Positions 1-9,637 of a DNA stretch of 64,000 nt are shown piece after piece (positions within the stretch are counted from its first letter, which is position 1; the number at the start of each line of letters is the position of its first letter). This DNA comes from Nitrosarchaeum sp. (GTDB lineage: Archaea > Thermoproteota > Nitrososphaeria > Nitrososphaerales > Nitrosopumilaceae): the NCBI GenBank assembly GCA_965223865.1, contig OZ245020.1, positions 1,216,001-1,280,000 of the forward strand, read 5' to 3'. A program made the translations under genes and the position numbers. The notes under the pieces are model-generated. The model was not told the origin of the DNA. It did not search any database and saw only the letters and a program-made list of their open reading frames with translations.

Positions 1-264
1 ATTAAAACTATTTTTGTTGATAAAAATAAAATTCCTTCTAATTCTATTTTTATCGATGATATTTATGATTCAGGACATACGTTTAAAAAAATTATCCCAT
101 TATCTGAAGATCCTTCAAAACTTGTATTTGTAACATTATTTGCCAGACGAGGAAAAAAATATCCCAGGCAATTAATTTATGCAAAAAAAACTATTGGCAA
201 TGAATACATTGTATACCCTTGGGATAAACTAGAATACAAACGACTCAAGAAATTTGGAATATAG
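1..264 (+). CDS. Type I phosphoribosyltransferase, 5'-truncated by window edge
   Basis: Frame 1 open to TAG at 262-264; IFIDDIYDSGHT PRPP-binding motif and C-terminal YIVYPWD. Confidence 0.85.
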   Translation: MKTIFVDKNKIPSNSIFIDDIYDSGHTFKKIIPLSEDPSKLVFVTLFARRGKKYPRQLIYAKKTIGNEYIVYPWDKLEYKRLKKFGI

Positions 265-275
265 AATATGATAAT

Positions 276-572
276 TTAATCTTGCATACACGTTGGAAGG
301 CTGCCTTCATGTCTATTTTTATAATCTCTGATTAAATTTTCAGCCATCTTCTCATAAGAGGATGTCTTCATGTATCTTAACCTTGCATTGTTTGTAATAC
401 ATGGAAATGATAATTTTTCAACTACGCTTTTTTTGATATTACTTGCACCTTCAATTAATAAAATTTTCATTGATGCATGCATCATGTATACTCCTGCAGA
501 CTGCGGAATGTCTGATATTATGTTTTCATTAAAATCTGTCCAATTTGACCAAGTATTCTCAATCTCTTGCAT
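276..572 (-). CDS. Small GIY-YIG-like domain protein (degenerate)
   Basis: IPQSAGVY motif and C-terminal GSLPTC; resembles 49183..49500. Confidence 0.6.
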   Translation of the reverse strand: MQEIENTWSNWTDFNENIISDIPQSAGVYMMHASMKILLIEGASNIKKSVVEKLSFPCITNNARLRYMKTSSYEKMAENLIRDYKNRHEGSLPTCMQD

Positions 573-581
573 TTTATTTCA

Positions 582-1493
582 TTATTTTTGAAGCATTTTT
601 CGCAGTCCTGCGCATCTGTTTCTTATTGTTACTTCTGTAACTCCTGATGCAATAGAGATATCTTTTTGCGATTTTACTTCTCCTGTACTAATACAAGCTA
701 GGTATAGTGCTGCAGCAGCAATTCCCATAGGATCTTTGCCAGCTACCATTCCTATTTTTTTTGCCTGATCTAAAATTGATATTGCTTTTCTCTTACTTTT
801 TTCGCTAAGCTCTGCGATGCTTGCAATTCTTGAGACGCCTTTTACAGGATCAACTACTGGCATTTTCAATTCTAGTTCTCTAAAAATAAGTCTGTAGCAT
901 CTTGCAACATCTTTTCTCCTAATATTGATTCCTTTTGCAATATCATCTAATGTCCTTGGCGTTTCGGTATTTCTACATGATGCATAAAGACATGCTGCAA
1001 CAAGACCTTGAATGGAACGACCTCTAACAAGTTTTTTTTCCATTGCTTTTCGATAAATATAAGCAGCTTTTTCAACAACTGCATCTGTCAATGCAAGTTT
1101 ATCCTTTAGTTTGTCCATTTCATTTAGTGCTTGTCTGAGATTTCTATCTGCAGATGAATGTGCCTGTGTTCTACTATCCCATGTTCTTAGTCTTTCAATT
1201 GAACTTTTTACTCCTGCAGACAACGGTTTTCCTGTAGAATCTTTATTTGCACTACCGATCACAGTTGATAATCCCATATCGTGCATGGTCAATGATGTTC
1301 CTGCCCCTACTCGTGTCCTGTTAGTGTCATCACTTGCAAATGAACGCCATTCTGCACCAGTGTCCGCAATTTTATCAGTTACAACAAAGCCACATTTTCC
1401 ACAAAACAACTCTCCTGTGTTTTCATCTGTTACCATTTTTTTATCTCCACATGCTGGACATTTTGGTCCCGAAATCATTGTGTTCTTAAGCAT
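582..1493 (-). CDS. tfb: Transcription initiation factor IIB (TFB)
   Basis: Zn ribbon CPAC..CGKC, EWRSF, two cyclin repeats, GVTEVTIRNR; start moved to ATG 1493. Confidence 0.97.
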   Translation of the reverse strand: MLKNTMISGPKCPACGDKKMVTDENTGELFCGKCGFVVTDKIADTGAEWRSFASDDTNRTRVGAGTSLTMHDMGLSTVIGSANKDSTGKPLSAGVKSSIERLRTWDSRTQAHSSADRNLRQALNEMDKLKDKLALTDAVVEKAAYIYRKAMEKKLVRGRSIQGLVAACLYASCRNTETPRTLDDIAKGINIRRKDVARCYRLIFRELELKMPVVDPVKGVSRIASIAELSEKSKRKAISILDQAKKIGMVAGKDPMGIAAAALYLACISTGEVKSQKDISIASGVTEVTIRNRCAGLRKMLQK

Positions 1494-1896
1494 AATAATT
1501 ACGAATAATGCTTTTAGCTTATTATTCATTTTACCTAATTTCTTACGGTTAATTGTGTGTAGGTTAAGCTAATCCTTATTCTAATTATATGTAACAAGAA
1601 TAATGAAAAATTGAATTGGATCGGCTTTATTGATTCAATTTTTTTCACTAAATTTTTTTTGATGAATCTTCTCACCCTCATTTCTTGGTTGTTTTAAAAT
1701 ATTCTTTTGATATCTCAAACCTCAGTAATCCTATCTTTAGCCTAAAAATCAAAAAAATCATCCTAATTTTTGAAATTTACAAAATATTTTTAATAAAAAA
1801 TATCTAACCAGTGATTTTATTCCTTAGAGTTTTATTAATTTTTGATGCTGTTATTTGAGCAAATCTTTAATCCCTTTGATTCCCTTTGTTTTTAGA

Positions 1897-2235
1897 ATGG
1901 GAGAAACAGGCTTGGGAGAAATGATTTATTCCTTACGGAAAAAAATTCAGACAATTCAATCAGAGATTGATACACTAGGTGATCCTGCAAAAGATATTCC
2001 TGAATTAATTTCTTCAGCAAATCTTTTGCGCGAAAATGAACATCTTAAAAAATTAAATGAGAAAAAATCTGAATTACTCTCAATTTATGATCAATATTCC
2101 AAATCTCTTGAAGATCTGCTTTCAACTATTTTTGAAATCCAGAACGATCTAAAAAATATACTAAAGGAGCAGTCTAAACTTATACCCAGTAAAAAGAAAA
2201 CAATCAAACGTACCTCAAAAAAATCTCAAAAATAA
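1897..2235 (+). CDS. Coiled-coil hypothetical protein
   Basis: ORF with TATA-like CTTTAAT about 30 nt upstream of ATG 1897. Confidence 0.75.
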   Translation: MGETGLGEMIYSLRKKIQTIQSEIDTLGDPAKDIPELISSANLLRENEHLKKLNEKKSELLSIYDQYSKSLEDLLSTIFEIQNDLKNILKEQSKLIPSKKKTIKRTSKKSQK

Positions 2236-2243
2236 TTAAATTC

Positions 2244-3245
2244 TTAAATGTGAATTACATCTCCTGCAATAACTCTCTTGTTTGAGTTTTTTTCAGATAT
2301 TACTAATGCCCCATCATCGTCAATCTTTATAGCTTTTCCACTGATTTTTCCTTTTTCTGTGTTTATCTTTACTATTTTTCCAATAGTTGAAGATTTTTTT
2401 GTCCAGTCTTTGATAATTTTTTTAACATCTCCAGAACTTAAACAAAAATAGATTTTTTCTAACTCTATTAAAAATGAATGAACCAATTTGATTGGCTTGA
2501 TATTTTTTTTACGTTGGGATAAAGAAGATATTCCGTAAAAATTTGGGGTTCCTTTTAATGACTTTTCAATTTGTTTTGTATCGACATCAAAATTAATCCC
2601 AACTCCCAAAACTAGATTTTCAATTTTGTTTGACTCAAGTGAAACATCTACTAGCATTCCTGCTATTTTTTTTCCTTTGATTGTAATGTCATTTGGCCAT
2701 TTTAATTCTGCTTTTATCTTCATTGTTTTTTCTATGGCATTTGATAAAGCTAATGCTGCTGCTAACGGAAATAATGTAGTTACTGCCATGTCAAATTTTG
2801 GGTGTAAAATTACGGAAAGCCATATTCCTCCTTCTGGAGACTCCCATCTTCGTCCTGATCTACCTTTCCCGCTAGTTTGTTTTTCTGCTACAATTACTGC
2901 ACCATTGTTTTCTTTATCGAAAGTCATGGTTAAGGCTTGATTTTGCGTAGAATCAATTGAATCAAAATAATATGCTTGTTTTCCGATGAACTTGGTTTTC
3001 AAGCCATCTGTAATCTCCCATGGTAGTAATTTTTCTGAATCTGCCTCTAATCTATAACCCATCTTTTGTTTTGTTTCAATTTTATATCCTAGTTCTTTAA
3101 TTTTTTTTATATGCTTCCAAACCGCCACTCTGCTTATTTTTAACACATCACTCAAATCTTGTCCTGATAGATATTCCGTGTTATGTGATTTCAAAAAGTA
3201 AAGTACTTTGATTAAACCTGGATTGTTAAATGAATTGTAACTCAA
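2244..3245 (-). CDS. birA: Biotin-protein ligase with N-terminal HTH (BirA)
   Basis: SGQDLS..SRVAVWKHI HTH; QTSGKGRSGRRW; KWPND; KIAGML. Confidence 0.96.
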   Translation of the reverse strand: MSYNSFNNPGLIKVLYFLKSHNTEYLSGQDLSDVLKISRVAVWKHIKKIKELGYKIETKQKMGYRLEADSEKLLPWEITDGLKTKFIGKQAYYFDSIDSTQNQALTMTFDKENNGAVIVAEKQTSGKGRSGRRWESPEGGIWLSVILHPKFDMAVTTLFPLAAALALSNAIEKTMKIKAELKWPNDITIKGKKIAGMLVDVSLESNKIENLVLGVGINFDVDTKQIEKSLKGTPNFYGISSLSQRKKNIKPIKLVHSFLIELEKIYFCLSSGDVKKIIKDWTKKSSTIGKIVKINTEKGKISGKAIKIDDDGALVISEKNSNKRVIAGDVIHI

Positions 3246-3290
3246 CTGTATTCATTTTTTTATTCAAATATAAAACACAAACTTTGAAAA

Positions 3291-3803
3291 TTAGAAACCA
3301 ATATCGATGTCAAAATCTCCACCACCCATATCTCCTCCATCATCCATGCCCTCAGCACCATCAATTCCTTCTGGAATGCTTTCAGCAGGAACATAATCTG
3401 ACATTGCCATGCCCATCATACTAAACATCATTGAAAACATCATTATGTCAATTACTCCAAAAAACATCATCATGGGCAAAATTGATTTATTGTCATCCAT
3501 GTATTGCTGAAGTTTTTGTTTATCTCCTGTTTTATATAATGTGGCCATTTGATTCCATTTCTCTTGTAGTTCGTGTACCCTCTCATCGACTTCTATTGAG
3601 CCTTTTTCTGTAACTGTTATTTCGATTTTTTTTCCTAACCATCCTTTTTTTTCTTCTACTTTTATCATTCCTCTCTCTTCTAGTTTTTCTAAAATTGAAT
3701 TTAATTCCTCAGGTTCTACCTGTGTCGTTTTTTGAATTTTTTCAAATTTTTTGATCCCGTTTTTAATTGCCCCTAATACTATGAGATCTTTTGACTCTTC
3801 CAT
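3291..3803 (-). CDS. Winged-helix protein with Met-rich and Gly/Asp-rich C-terminus
   Basis: LEKLEERGMI...ITVTEKG wHTH pattern. Confidence 0.75.
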   Translation of the reverse strand: MEESKDLIVLGAIKNGIKKFEKIQKTTQVEPEELNSILEKLEERGMIKVEEKKGWLGKKIEITVTEKGSIEVDERVHELQEKWNQMATLYKTGDKQKLQQYMDDNKSILPMMMFFGVIDIMMFSMMFSMMGMAMSDYVPAESIPEGIDGAEGMDDGGDMGGGDFDIDIGF

Positions 3804-3854
3804 GTTTTTATTTTAAAATTCACTACTAAAATATTCTACTGTTTAGGTAATTTG

Positions 3855-4775
3855 TTACAAAAGTTTTTGATTTTTCAACTCTGAAATCACGTATGGAATC
3901 CCTTCTTTGTATGATGGAAATTTAAAATCATAAATTTTAGATATTTTTTCATTTGAAGGTTTCATGGACGTGGTGAGAAGCTTTATCAAATCTCCTCCAA
4001 GTACTGCTTTTACAAGAAAAACAGGCACATTTTTTGGATGTTTTGTGCCTATAGAATCTGCTGTATAATCTACAAAATCTTTGAATTTGGCAGGTAAAGA
4101 ATCTACAACAATAAAGGTTTCATTTGTTTTATTTTTCTCCAAAATAGACACCATGCTACCTACCGCATCATCTACATGAACAAAACCTTTGTAATAATTC
4201 CCTCCTTTTGGAAGTCTAAATGTATTTTTTAAAAGACGATTAATTAGAAATTCATAAAACCAGCCACCTGGACCATAAACATCTCCAAAATGAACAACAG
4301 AAAAATTGATTCCTATTTCCTTGCAATTATTTTCAAGATATCTTTGAGCTTCTAATCTTGTTTTGACAAATTCTGTATTTGGATTATATGAAAATGTCTC
4401 ATCGACAATATTATCACCTGTTTCTCCATACACTCCTAATCCTGAAACATAGACAATCGATTTGGTGCTTTCTTTGAGTTGGCTAAACAGGTTTTTTGTT
4501 CCTTCAAGATTTACTTTATGAAGTAATTTTTTATTTTTTTCAAGAGGTGTATGAGATGCTAGATGAAAAACACAATCATATTGTTCATTATTAAAATTAA
4601 TCTTCTTGTCAGTTAGGTCTCCTATGATTATTTTTGATTTGCCATTTCCTGACTTGCCTTTTCTAACAAGAGATGAAACTTTGTATTCTTTATTTATTAG
4701 TAATTTAACTAAATTTGAACCAATAAACCCTGTAGCACCAGTTACAAGTATTGATTTATTCACACTATTAAACAA
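3855..4775 (-). CDS. NAD-dependent epimerase/dehydratase (extended SDR)
   Basis: ILVTGATGFIG, VFHLAS, VYGPG, FVHVDD. Confidence 0.92.
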   Translation of the reverse strand: MFNSVNKSILVTGATGFIGSNLVKLLINKEYKVSSLVRKGKSGNGKSKIIIGDLTDKKINFNNEQYDCVFHLASHTPLEKNKKLLHKVNLEGTKNLFSQLKESTKSIVYVSGLGVYGETGDNIVDETFSYNPNTEFVKTRLEAQRYLENNCKEIGINFSVVHFGDVYGPGGWFYEFLINRLLKNTFRLPKGGNYYKGFVHVDDAVGSMVSILEKNKTNETFIVVDSLPAKFKDFVDYTADSIGTKHPKNVPVFLVKAVLGGDLIKLLTTSMKPSNEKISKIYDFKFPSYKEGIPYVISELKNQKLL

Positions 4776-4858
4776 CTATTTGCATTAATATTGTATTTGG
4801 AAAAAATATTCAATGATGAGTTTGAAAATTCAAAAATTATATTCTCCTCTTCTTTGTA

Positions 4859-5275
4859 ATGTATATGGACCAAGATTCATACACTGATGATGAAATAAGA
4901 GATATTTTTTCTTTAAAAAAAATTGCAGTAGTTGGAATGTCAAAACATGAATACAAAGCGGCACATTCTGTGCCTAGGTATTTGATGGAAAAGGGATATG
5001 ATGTTACTCCTGTAAATCCTACAACCAATGAAATTCTAGGCAAAAAATGCTACGATAAAATATCTGACATAAATTATGATATTGATATTGTAGATGTTTT
5101 TAGACCTTCTGACCAAGTTTTGTCTGTTATACAAGAGGCTATAAAGAAAAAACCCAAAGTTATTTGGCTACAAGAAGGAATTCACAATCCAGATGCTGAA
5201 GAGCTAGCAAGAAAAGAGGGAATTAAAGTAGTTTACAACAGATGCATGTTCGCCGAACATAAGAGACTATTCTAA
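4859..5275 (+). CDS. CoA-binding protein (YccU-like)
   Basis: IAVVGMS, PVNP, DIVDVFRPS, WLQEGI, NRCM. Confidence 0.93.
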   Translation: MYMDQDSYTDDEIRDIFSLKKIAVVGMSKHEYKAAHSVPRYLMEKGYDVTPVNPTTNEILGKKCYDKISDINYDIDIVDVFRPSDQVLSVIQEAIKKKPKVIWLQEGIHNPDAEELARKEGIKVVYNRCMFAEHKRLF

Positions 5276-5276
5276 A

Positions 5277-5636
5277 ATGTCAGATTTTGAAAATTTTTAC
5301 AAAGAATTGATTGAATTAGTCACTAGATATGAAAAAAACAACACTCCGCTAAAAATTGAAAAAGATCTTGAAAATAGCATAGTCAAAATTTATGGCGAAA
5401 AAATCACATCTCTTGCAAGAGCACAAAACGGATTAAATGATGTCTCAGAGCTTGCTTTTGCTACTGCTGAACATCATCCATTTTGGAATATCTTGTATAG
5501 CTGCTCAGAAATTTCAAATACTATCTTGGAAAAATGGAATAACAAACTCTCAAAAAAGGACATTGAGGACATTAAATGGGCTACTCAAGAAATGACTCAT
5601 ACTCTTGAAAAGATAAAAGAAAATTTTTCTGATTGA
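5277..5636 (+). CDS. Hypothetical protein
   Basis: 119 aa ORF starting 1 nt after upstream stop. Confidence 0.75.
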   Translation: MSDFENFYKELIELVTRYEKNNTPLKIEKDLENSIVKIYGEKITSLARAQNGLNDVSELAFATAEHHPFWNILYSCSEISNTILEKWNNKLSKKDIEDIKWATQEMTHTLEKIKENFSD

Positions 5637-5677
5637 TAACTAGGCAGAGATAAATATTCTGAAATTGTTATCTTTTC

Positions 5678-6889
5678 ATGTCAATTAAACTTGGATTAAT
5701 AGGAAAAACAAATACTGGTAAAACTACCTTCTTTAATGCATCAACTTTATCTTCTGAAGAAATTTCAACTTATCCTTTTACAACAAAAAAACCAATTACT
5801 GGAACTGCAAATGCAATTACCCTTTGTGTTCATCCTGAATTCAAAATACAGGACAATCCAAACAATTCAAAATGTATAGATGGATGGAGGTATATTCCAA
5901 TCGAAATAATTGACTTGCCCGGTCTAATCAAAGATGCCTGGAAAGGAAAAGGGTTAGGAAATCAATTCCTTTCAATTGCTGCTCAGTCTGATGCCTTGTT
6001 ACATGTAGTTGATGCCTCTGGAGGAATAGACTCTACTGGAAAAATTTCTGAGCCTGGAAGTGGAGATCCAATATCGGATTTTGCAGATATTGAAGAAGAA
6101 TTGGTAATGTGGTATCATAAAATTTTTGAGGGAAATCGAGACAAAGTCTCAAAACTTATCCGAACAGGCTCTGATTTAGTTGAGGCAATAACTGATTTAT
6201 ATCGAGGTATTGGTGTAAACAAAAATCATGTCAAAGAAACATTAATTGCTACTAATTTAGGGGAAAAACAATTTGATGATTTTAATACTAAAGATAGCAA
6301 AAAATTTTCTGTTCATTTAAGAAAAATTTCCAAACCAACCTTGATTGTTGCAAATAAGGTTGATGTTAAAGGAGCTGACAAAAATTTTGCAAGACTACAA
6401 GAACGCTATAATGATTCAATTGTCATTCCAGCCAGTGGTGATAGTGAGCTTAGTCTACGACGTGCCGAACAAAAAGGTTTAATAAAATATTCTCCGGGTT
6501 CTGAACAATTTGAAATAATCAAATCTGATGAACTAAATGAAAAACAGCTTAATGCACTTGACTTTATTAAAAAAGGCATAATGGGCGAATACATGAGAAC
6601 AGGAGTACAATTTGCAATAAACGTTGCAGTCTTTAAATTATTGAAGATGAATTCAATTTATCCTGTAGCTGATGAAAAAAATCTTTCAGATAATAAAGGA
6701 CGAGTTCTCCCAGATCTGATTTTACTTAAAGATGGTGACACCATTAGCGATCTTGCAAAAGAGATTCATACAGATCTTACAAAAGGTCTTCTTTATGCAA
6801 AAGATTTACGATTTAACCTAAGATTGCCTATTGATTATCAGCTAAGAGACCGAGATGTTGTATCTTTAATTAGCGCATCAAAAAAATAA
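5678..6889 (+). CDS. ychF: YchF/OBG-family translation-associated NTPase with TGS domain
   Basis: GKTNTGKTT, YPFTT, DLPG, GLGNQFL, NKVD, C-terminal IHTD TGS. Confidence 0.92.
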   Translation: MSIKLGLIGKTNTGKTTFFNASTLSSEEISTYPFTTKKPITGTANAITLCVHPEFKIQDNPNNSKCIDGWRYIPIEIIDLPGLIKDAWKGKGLGNQFLSIAAQSDALLHVVDASGGIDSTGKISEPGSGDPISDFADIEEELVMWYHKIFEGNRDKVSKLIRTGSDLVEAITDLYRGIGVNKNHVKETLIATNLGEKQFDDFNTKDSKKFSVHLRKISKPTLIVANKVDVKGADKNFARLQERYNDSIVIPASGDSELSLRRAEQKGLIKYSPGSEQFEIIKSDELNEKQLNALDFIKKGIMGEYMRTGVQFAINVAVFKLLKMNSIYPVADEKNLSDNKGRVLPDLILLKDGDTISDLAKEIHTDLTKGLLYAKDLRFNLRLPIDYQLRDRDVVSLISASKK

Positions 6890-6979
6890 TCTTGCCCATC
6901 TATCTAAAAACAATTCAATGTTAAAGTGCATAACTGGTTTTTATACGATAAAACCTTGATAAACAAAGGGACCTAGTAG

Positions 6980-7618
6980 TTGCGTGGAATATTTGAATCT
7001 CTGATTGTATTTTCGGTAATGACAGGCATTCTTTTGCCTGCCAGACTACTATTTGTAGAATTTATCTCAGATGATTGGTTGGGCTCGTTTGGTATAATTT
7101 CTGTCATTTTAATTTCTGTAATTGTACTTGCAAAGAAGAAAAAACTAGGCTTTTTTGGTACAATGTTTGAGAGACAAATATCGAGGTTCCAGAAAGGTAA
7201 ACGTGGATTCATTGTTTTTGGCGAATCTGTATTCCTTCTTTTGATATTAGGTGGGATGATACTTGCAATAGATCAAGGAAATTCAGTCTATTCTGATCTA
7301 AAAATTGAAACGATAGAAAATTCCCCTTCAAATGCTGCAGAACAAATTCTTGAACCAACAAATAGTTGGAATGCTAATGATTGGTTTACTAGCTTTTTGA
7401 TGACCCCTTCTGCATTTCTTACAGCATTCCCTCAGATGAGTGCGACAATTGCATCAATAGATCAAAGACTTGATGGGTGGCTATTGCATTTTTACACTGT
7501 TGGTTTTGTAGAATATCTAGAATTGCTAGGAATTTTGATATTTTCTAAGGTGACACTTAGATCAAAATCTGCTACACCTGCGTTATCTTCTAAGAACAAA
7601 ATCAAAAATCACATATAA
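6980..7618 (+). CDS. Membrane hypothetical protein
   Basis: Several hydrophobic helices. Confidence 0.75.
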   Translation: MRGIFESLIVFSVMTGILLPARLLFVEFISDDWLGSFGIISVILISVIVLAKKKKLGFFGTMFERQISRFQKGKRGFIVFGESVFLLLILGGMILAIDQGNSVYSDLKIETIENSPSNAAEQILEPTNSWNANDWFTSFLMTPSAFLTAFPQMSATIASIDQRLDGWLLHFYTVGFVEYLELLGILIFSKVTLRSKSATPALSSKNKIKNHI

Positions 7619-7648
7619 TAAATTCAAGATTTTTACAAAATTAACAAA

Positions 7649-8407
7649 TTGGACGAAATAATTTCTGAATTTGAAAATTTTTCAAAATATGGTATTTACA
7701 AAATAACAGATTCTACAGAGTTTGTTTTTCCAAATATAGAAGTCAAAATTACTAAAATATCTGATAATGTTTTTTCATATACTAGAAAAGACTCTGAAGA
7801 CAATCTTGTTGAAAAACTGATTCCTACAAAATCTACTGAAATCACTATTGAAATATCTCCAATACGACCTTTGAATTATCCCGCAAAACGTACGACTTTT
7901 GTTTATCTAGATCTTGAAACCCCAGTTTTTCTATCTGAAGGATCAGCTGCAACAATTTTTGCTCGATGTCCAATAGAAATAGGCATATTTTTGGTGCATG
8001 ATGGTCACAAGGATTCCTTAGATTGGTTTACTTGTGATCCTATACATTCTAGATTTGGTCTCCACGGTACTCCTGAATCTGGAACTTTGTGTAAATACGC
8101 AAAATCTGAGATTGTAGAGTCTTATGAAGATTCCATCCCATACGTTAACGCCGTTTTACAAATTAACCTTGAAAATGGATTAGACGAAGGACATTCTATA
8201 TCTAAAGTAGTTTTTCAAATTACTGACAACTCTCTATATTACAAGAATTCAAAGGCAATAATTGATTCAGTCCATGCAGTTTTAAAAAAACAACTCACTT
8301 TGGAGATTCTAGACGTTTCTTCAAAACGCATACAGACTGATTGGACTCTGGCACCAACATATGAGCATGCTGTAGCTATAAAAAGAATGGATATGGGTGC
8401 TGATTGA
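7649..8407 (+). CDS. DUF432 domain protein
   Basis: PIRPLNYP, PIEIGIF, GTPESGTLCKY; DUF432 genes are usually paired with mscS. Confidence 0.85.
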   Translation: MDEIISEFENFSKYGIYKITDSTEFVFPNIEVKITKISDNVFSYTRKDSEDNLVEKLIPTKSTEITIEISPIRPLNYPAKRTTFVYLDLETPVFLSEGSAATIFARCPIEIGIFLVHDGHKDSLDWFTCDPIHSRFGLHGTPESGTLCKYAKSEIVESYEDSIPYVNAVLQINLENGLDEGHSISKVVFQITDNSLYYKNSKAIIDSVHAVLKKQLTLEILDVSSKRIQTDWTLAPTYEHAVAIKRMDMGAD

Positions 8408-9231
8408 TGGTTTTTGAATTTCTGCAAGGACTAGAGGAAATCCAAATTACAGAAACCTTGACACTCCTTACTCTGTTAATTGGAGGAATAATAATGGTAG
8501 TTGGACTAATTATTGCCAGAACTTTCCGATTACTCTTTACAAAATACTATGCTCCAAGACTGCCACAAGATACTGCCAAAAATCTTGGCAAGCTAATTTA
8601 TTTTGGAATAATTATTATCTCATTTTTGGTCTTTACCTCTTCTACTGGTGTTGATTTATCAGGACTTTTGGTTGCAGGTGGAATTTTTGGAATAATAATT
8701 GGTTTTGCAACGCAGTCTGTTGTTTCTAATTTGATTTCAGGAATTTTCTTGATGATAGAAAAACCTGTAAAACAAGGAGATTCAGTTGAACTTCCAGGAT
8801 CAGATGTAACTGGAACTCTGTTAGATATCAGTACGTTCTCTGTTAGAATAAGGAGATTTGATGGAACTATTATCCGAATTCCAAACGAATCTTTCTTTAC
8901 TTCAAATATTCGCTCTCTTACTTCTACTCCTGTAAGAAGATCAGAAGCTGTAGTTGGGATAGCATACAAAGAAGACATCGACGCAGCAATATCTGTCATT
9001 GAAAAGGAAATTCGAAAAACTATGTCATTTGTATTGTTGGTACCAAAACCTGAATTTAGGATTAAAGAATTAGCAGATTCAAGCGTAAATATCGAAATTT
9101 TGGTGTGGCACCCAAGAGAAGATTGGGGGGAGGCATCCCCAATTTTATTGAAAATAGCAAAAAAGGCTCTAGATGCTGCTGGAATAGAGATTCCATTCCC
9201 ACAGCGTGTTGTATGGCAGGCAAAAGAATAG
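8404..9231 (+). CDS. mscS: Small-conductance mechanosensitive channel
   Basis: GIIIGFATQSVVSNLISGIFL, GD, IPN, IEIPFPQR. Confidence 0.95.
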   Translation: MMVFEFLQGLEEIQITETLTLLTLLIGGIIMVVGLIIARTFRLLFTKYYAPRLPQDTAKNLGKLIYFGIIIISFLVFTSSTGVDLSGLLVAGGIFGIIIGFATQSVVSNLISGIFLMIEKPVKQGDSVELPGSDVTGTLLDISTFSVRIRRFDGTIIRIPNESFFTSNIRSLTSTPVRRSEAVVGIAYKEDIDAAISVIEKEIRKTMSFVLLVPKPEFRIKELADSSVNIEILVWHPREDWGEASPILLKIAKKALDAAGIEIPFPQRVVWQAKE

Positions 9232-9236
9232 AAAAA

Positions 9237-9524
9237 TTATTTCTGTTTTTTGATTTCTAGATTTTTCTTTTGACTTTGTCTTTTTTTAATCAAACTATAC
9301 ATGATCATTCCTACATTGACAATTGAAATAATCTCTATCAAATCAACTCCATAAAGAAACCAATCAATTATCGGATGAATCCTTGAAACAATTCCTGCTT
9401 CAAGCATAATGTCTGCATTCCAAATCATATGTGGAACTTGGATGAATTGAATTATCGCAATTAAAATGACACTTCCAAGAATTTTATTTTCATACCAACT
9501 CCAAAATTTATTCCATGCATTCAT
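9237..9524 (-). CDS. Small membrane protein
   Basis: 95 aa with two hydrophobic segments. Confidence 0.7.
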   Translation of the reverse strand: MNAWNKFWSWYENKILGSVILIAIIQFIQVPHMIWNADIMLEAGIVSRIHPIIDWFLYGVDLIEIISIVNVGMIMYSLIKKRQSQKKNLEIKKQK

Positions 9525-9637
9525 AAATTATTTTGGCTTTTTACAATAATTAAGGCATTTGAAAATTAGATGATCCTAATTAGTTAGAACTAATTCTTCT
9601 ATTCACAAAATTTCAATGCTTTAACTGAATCTATTTT

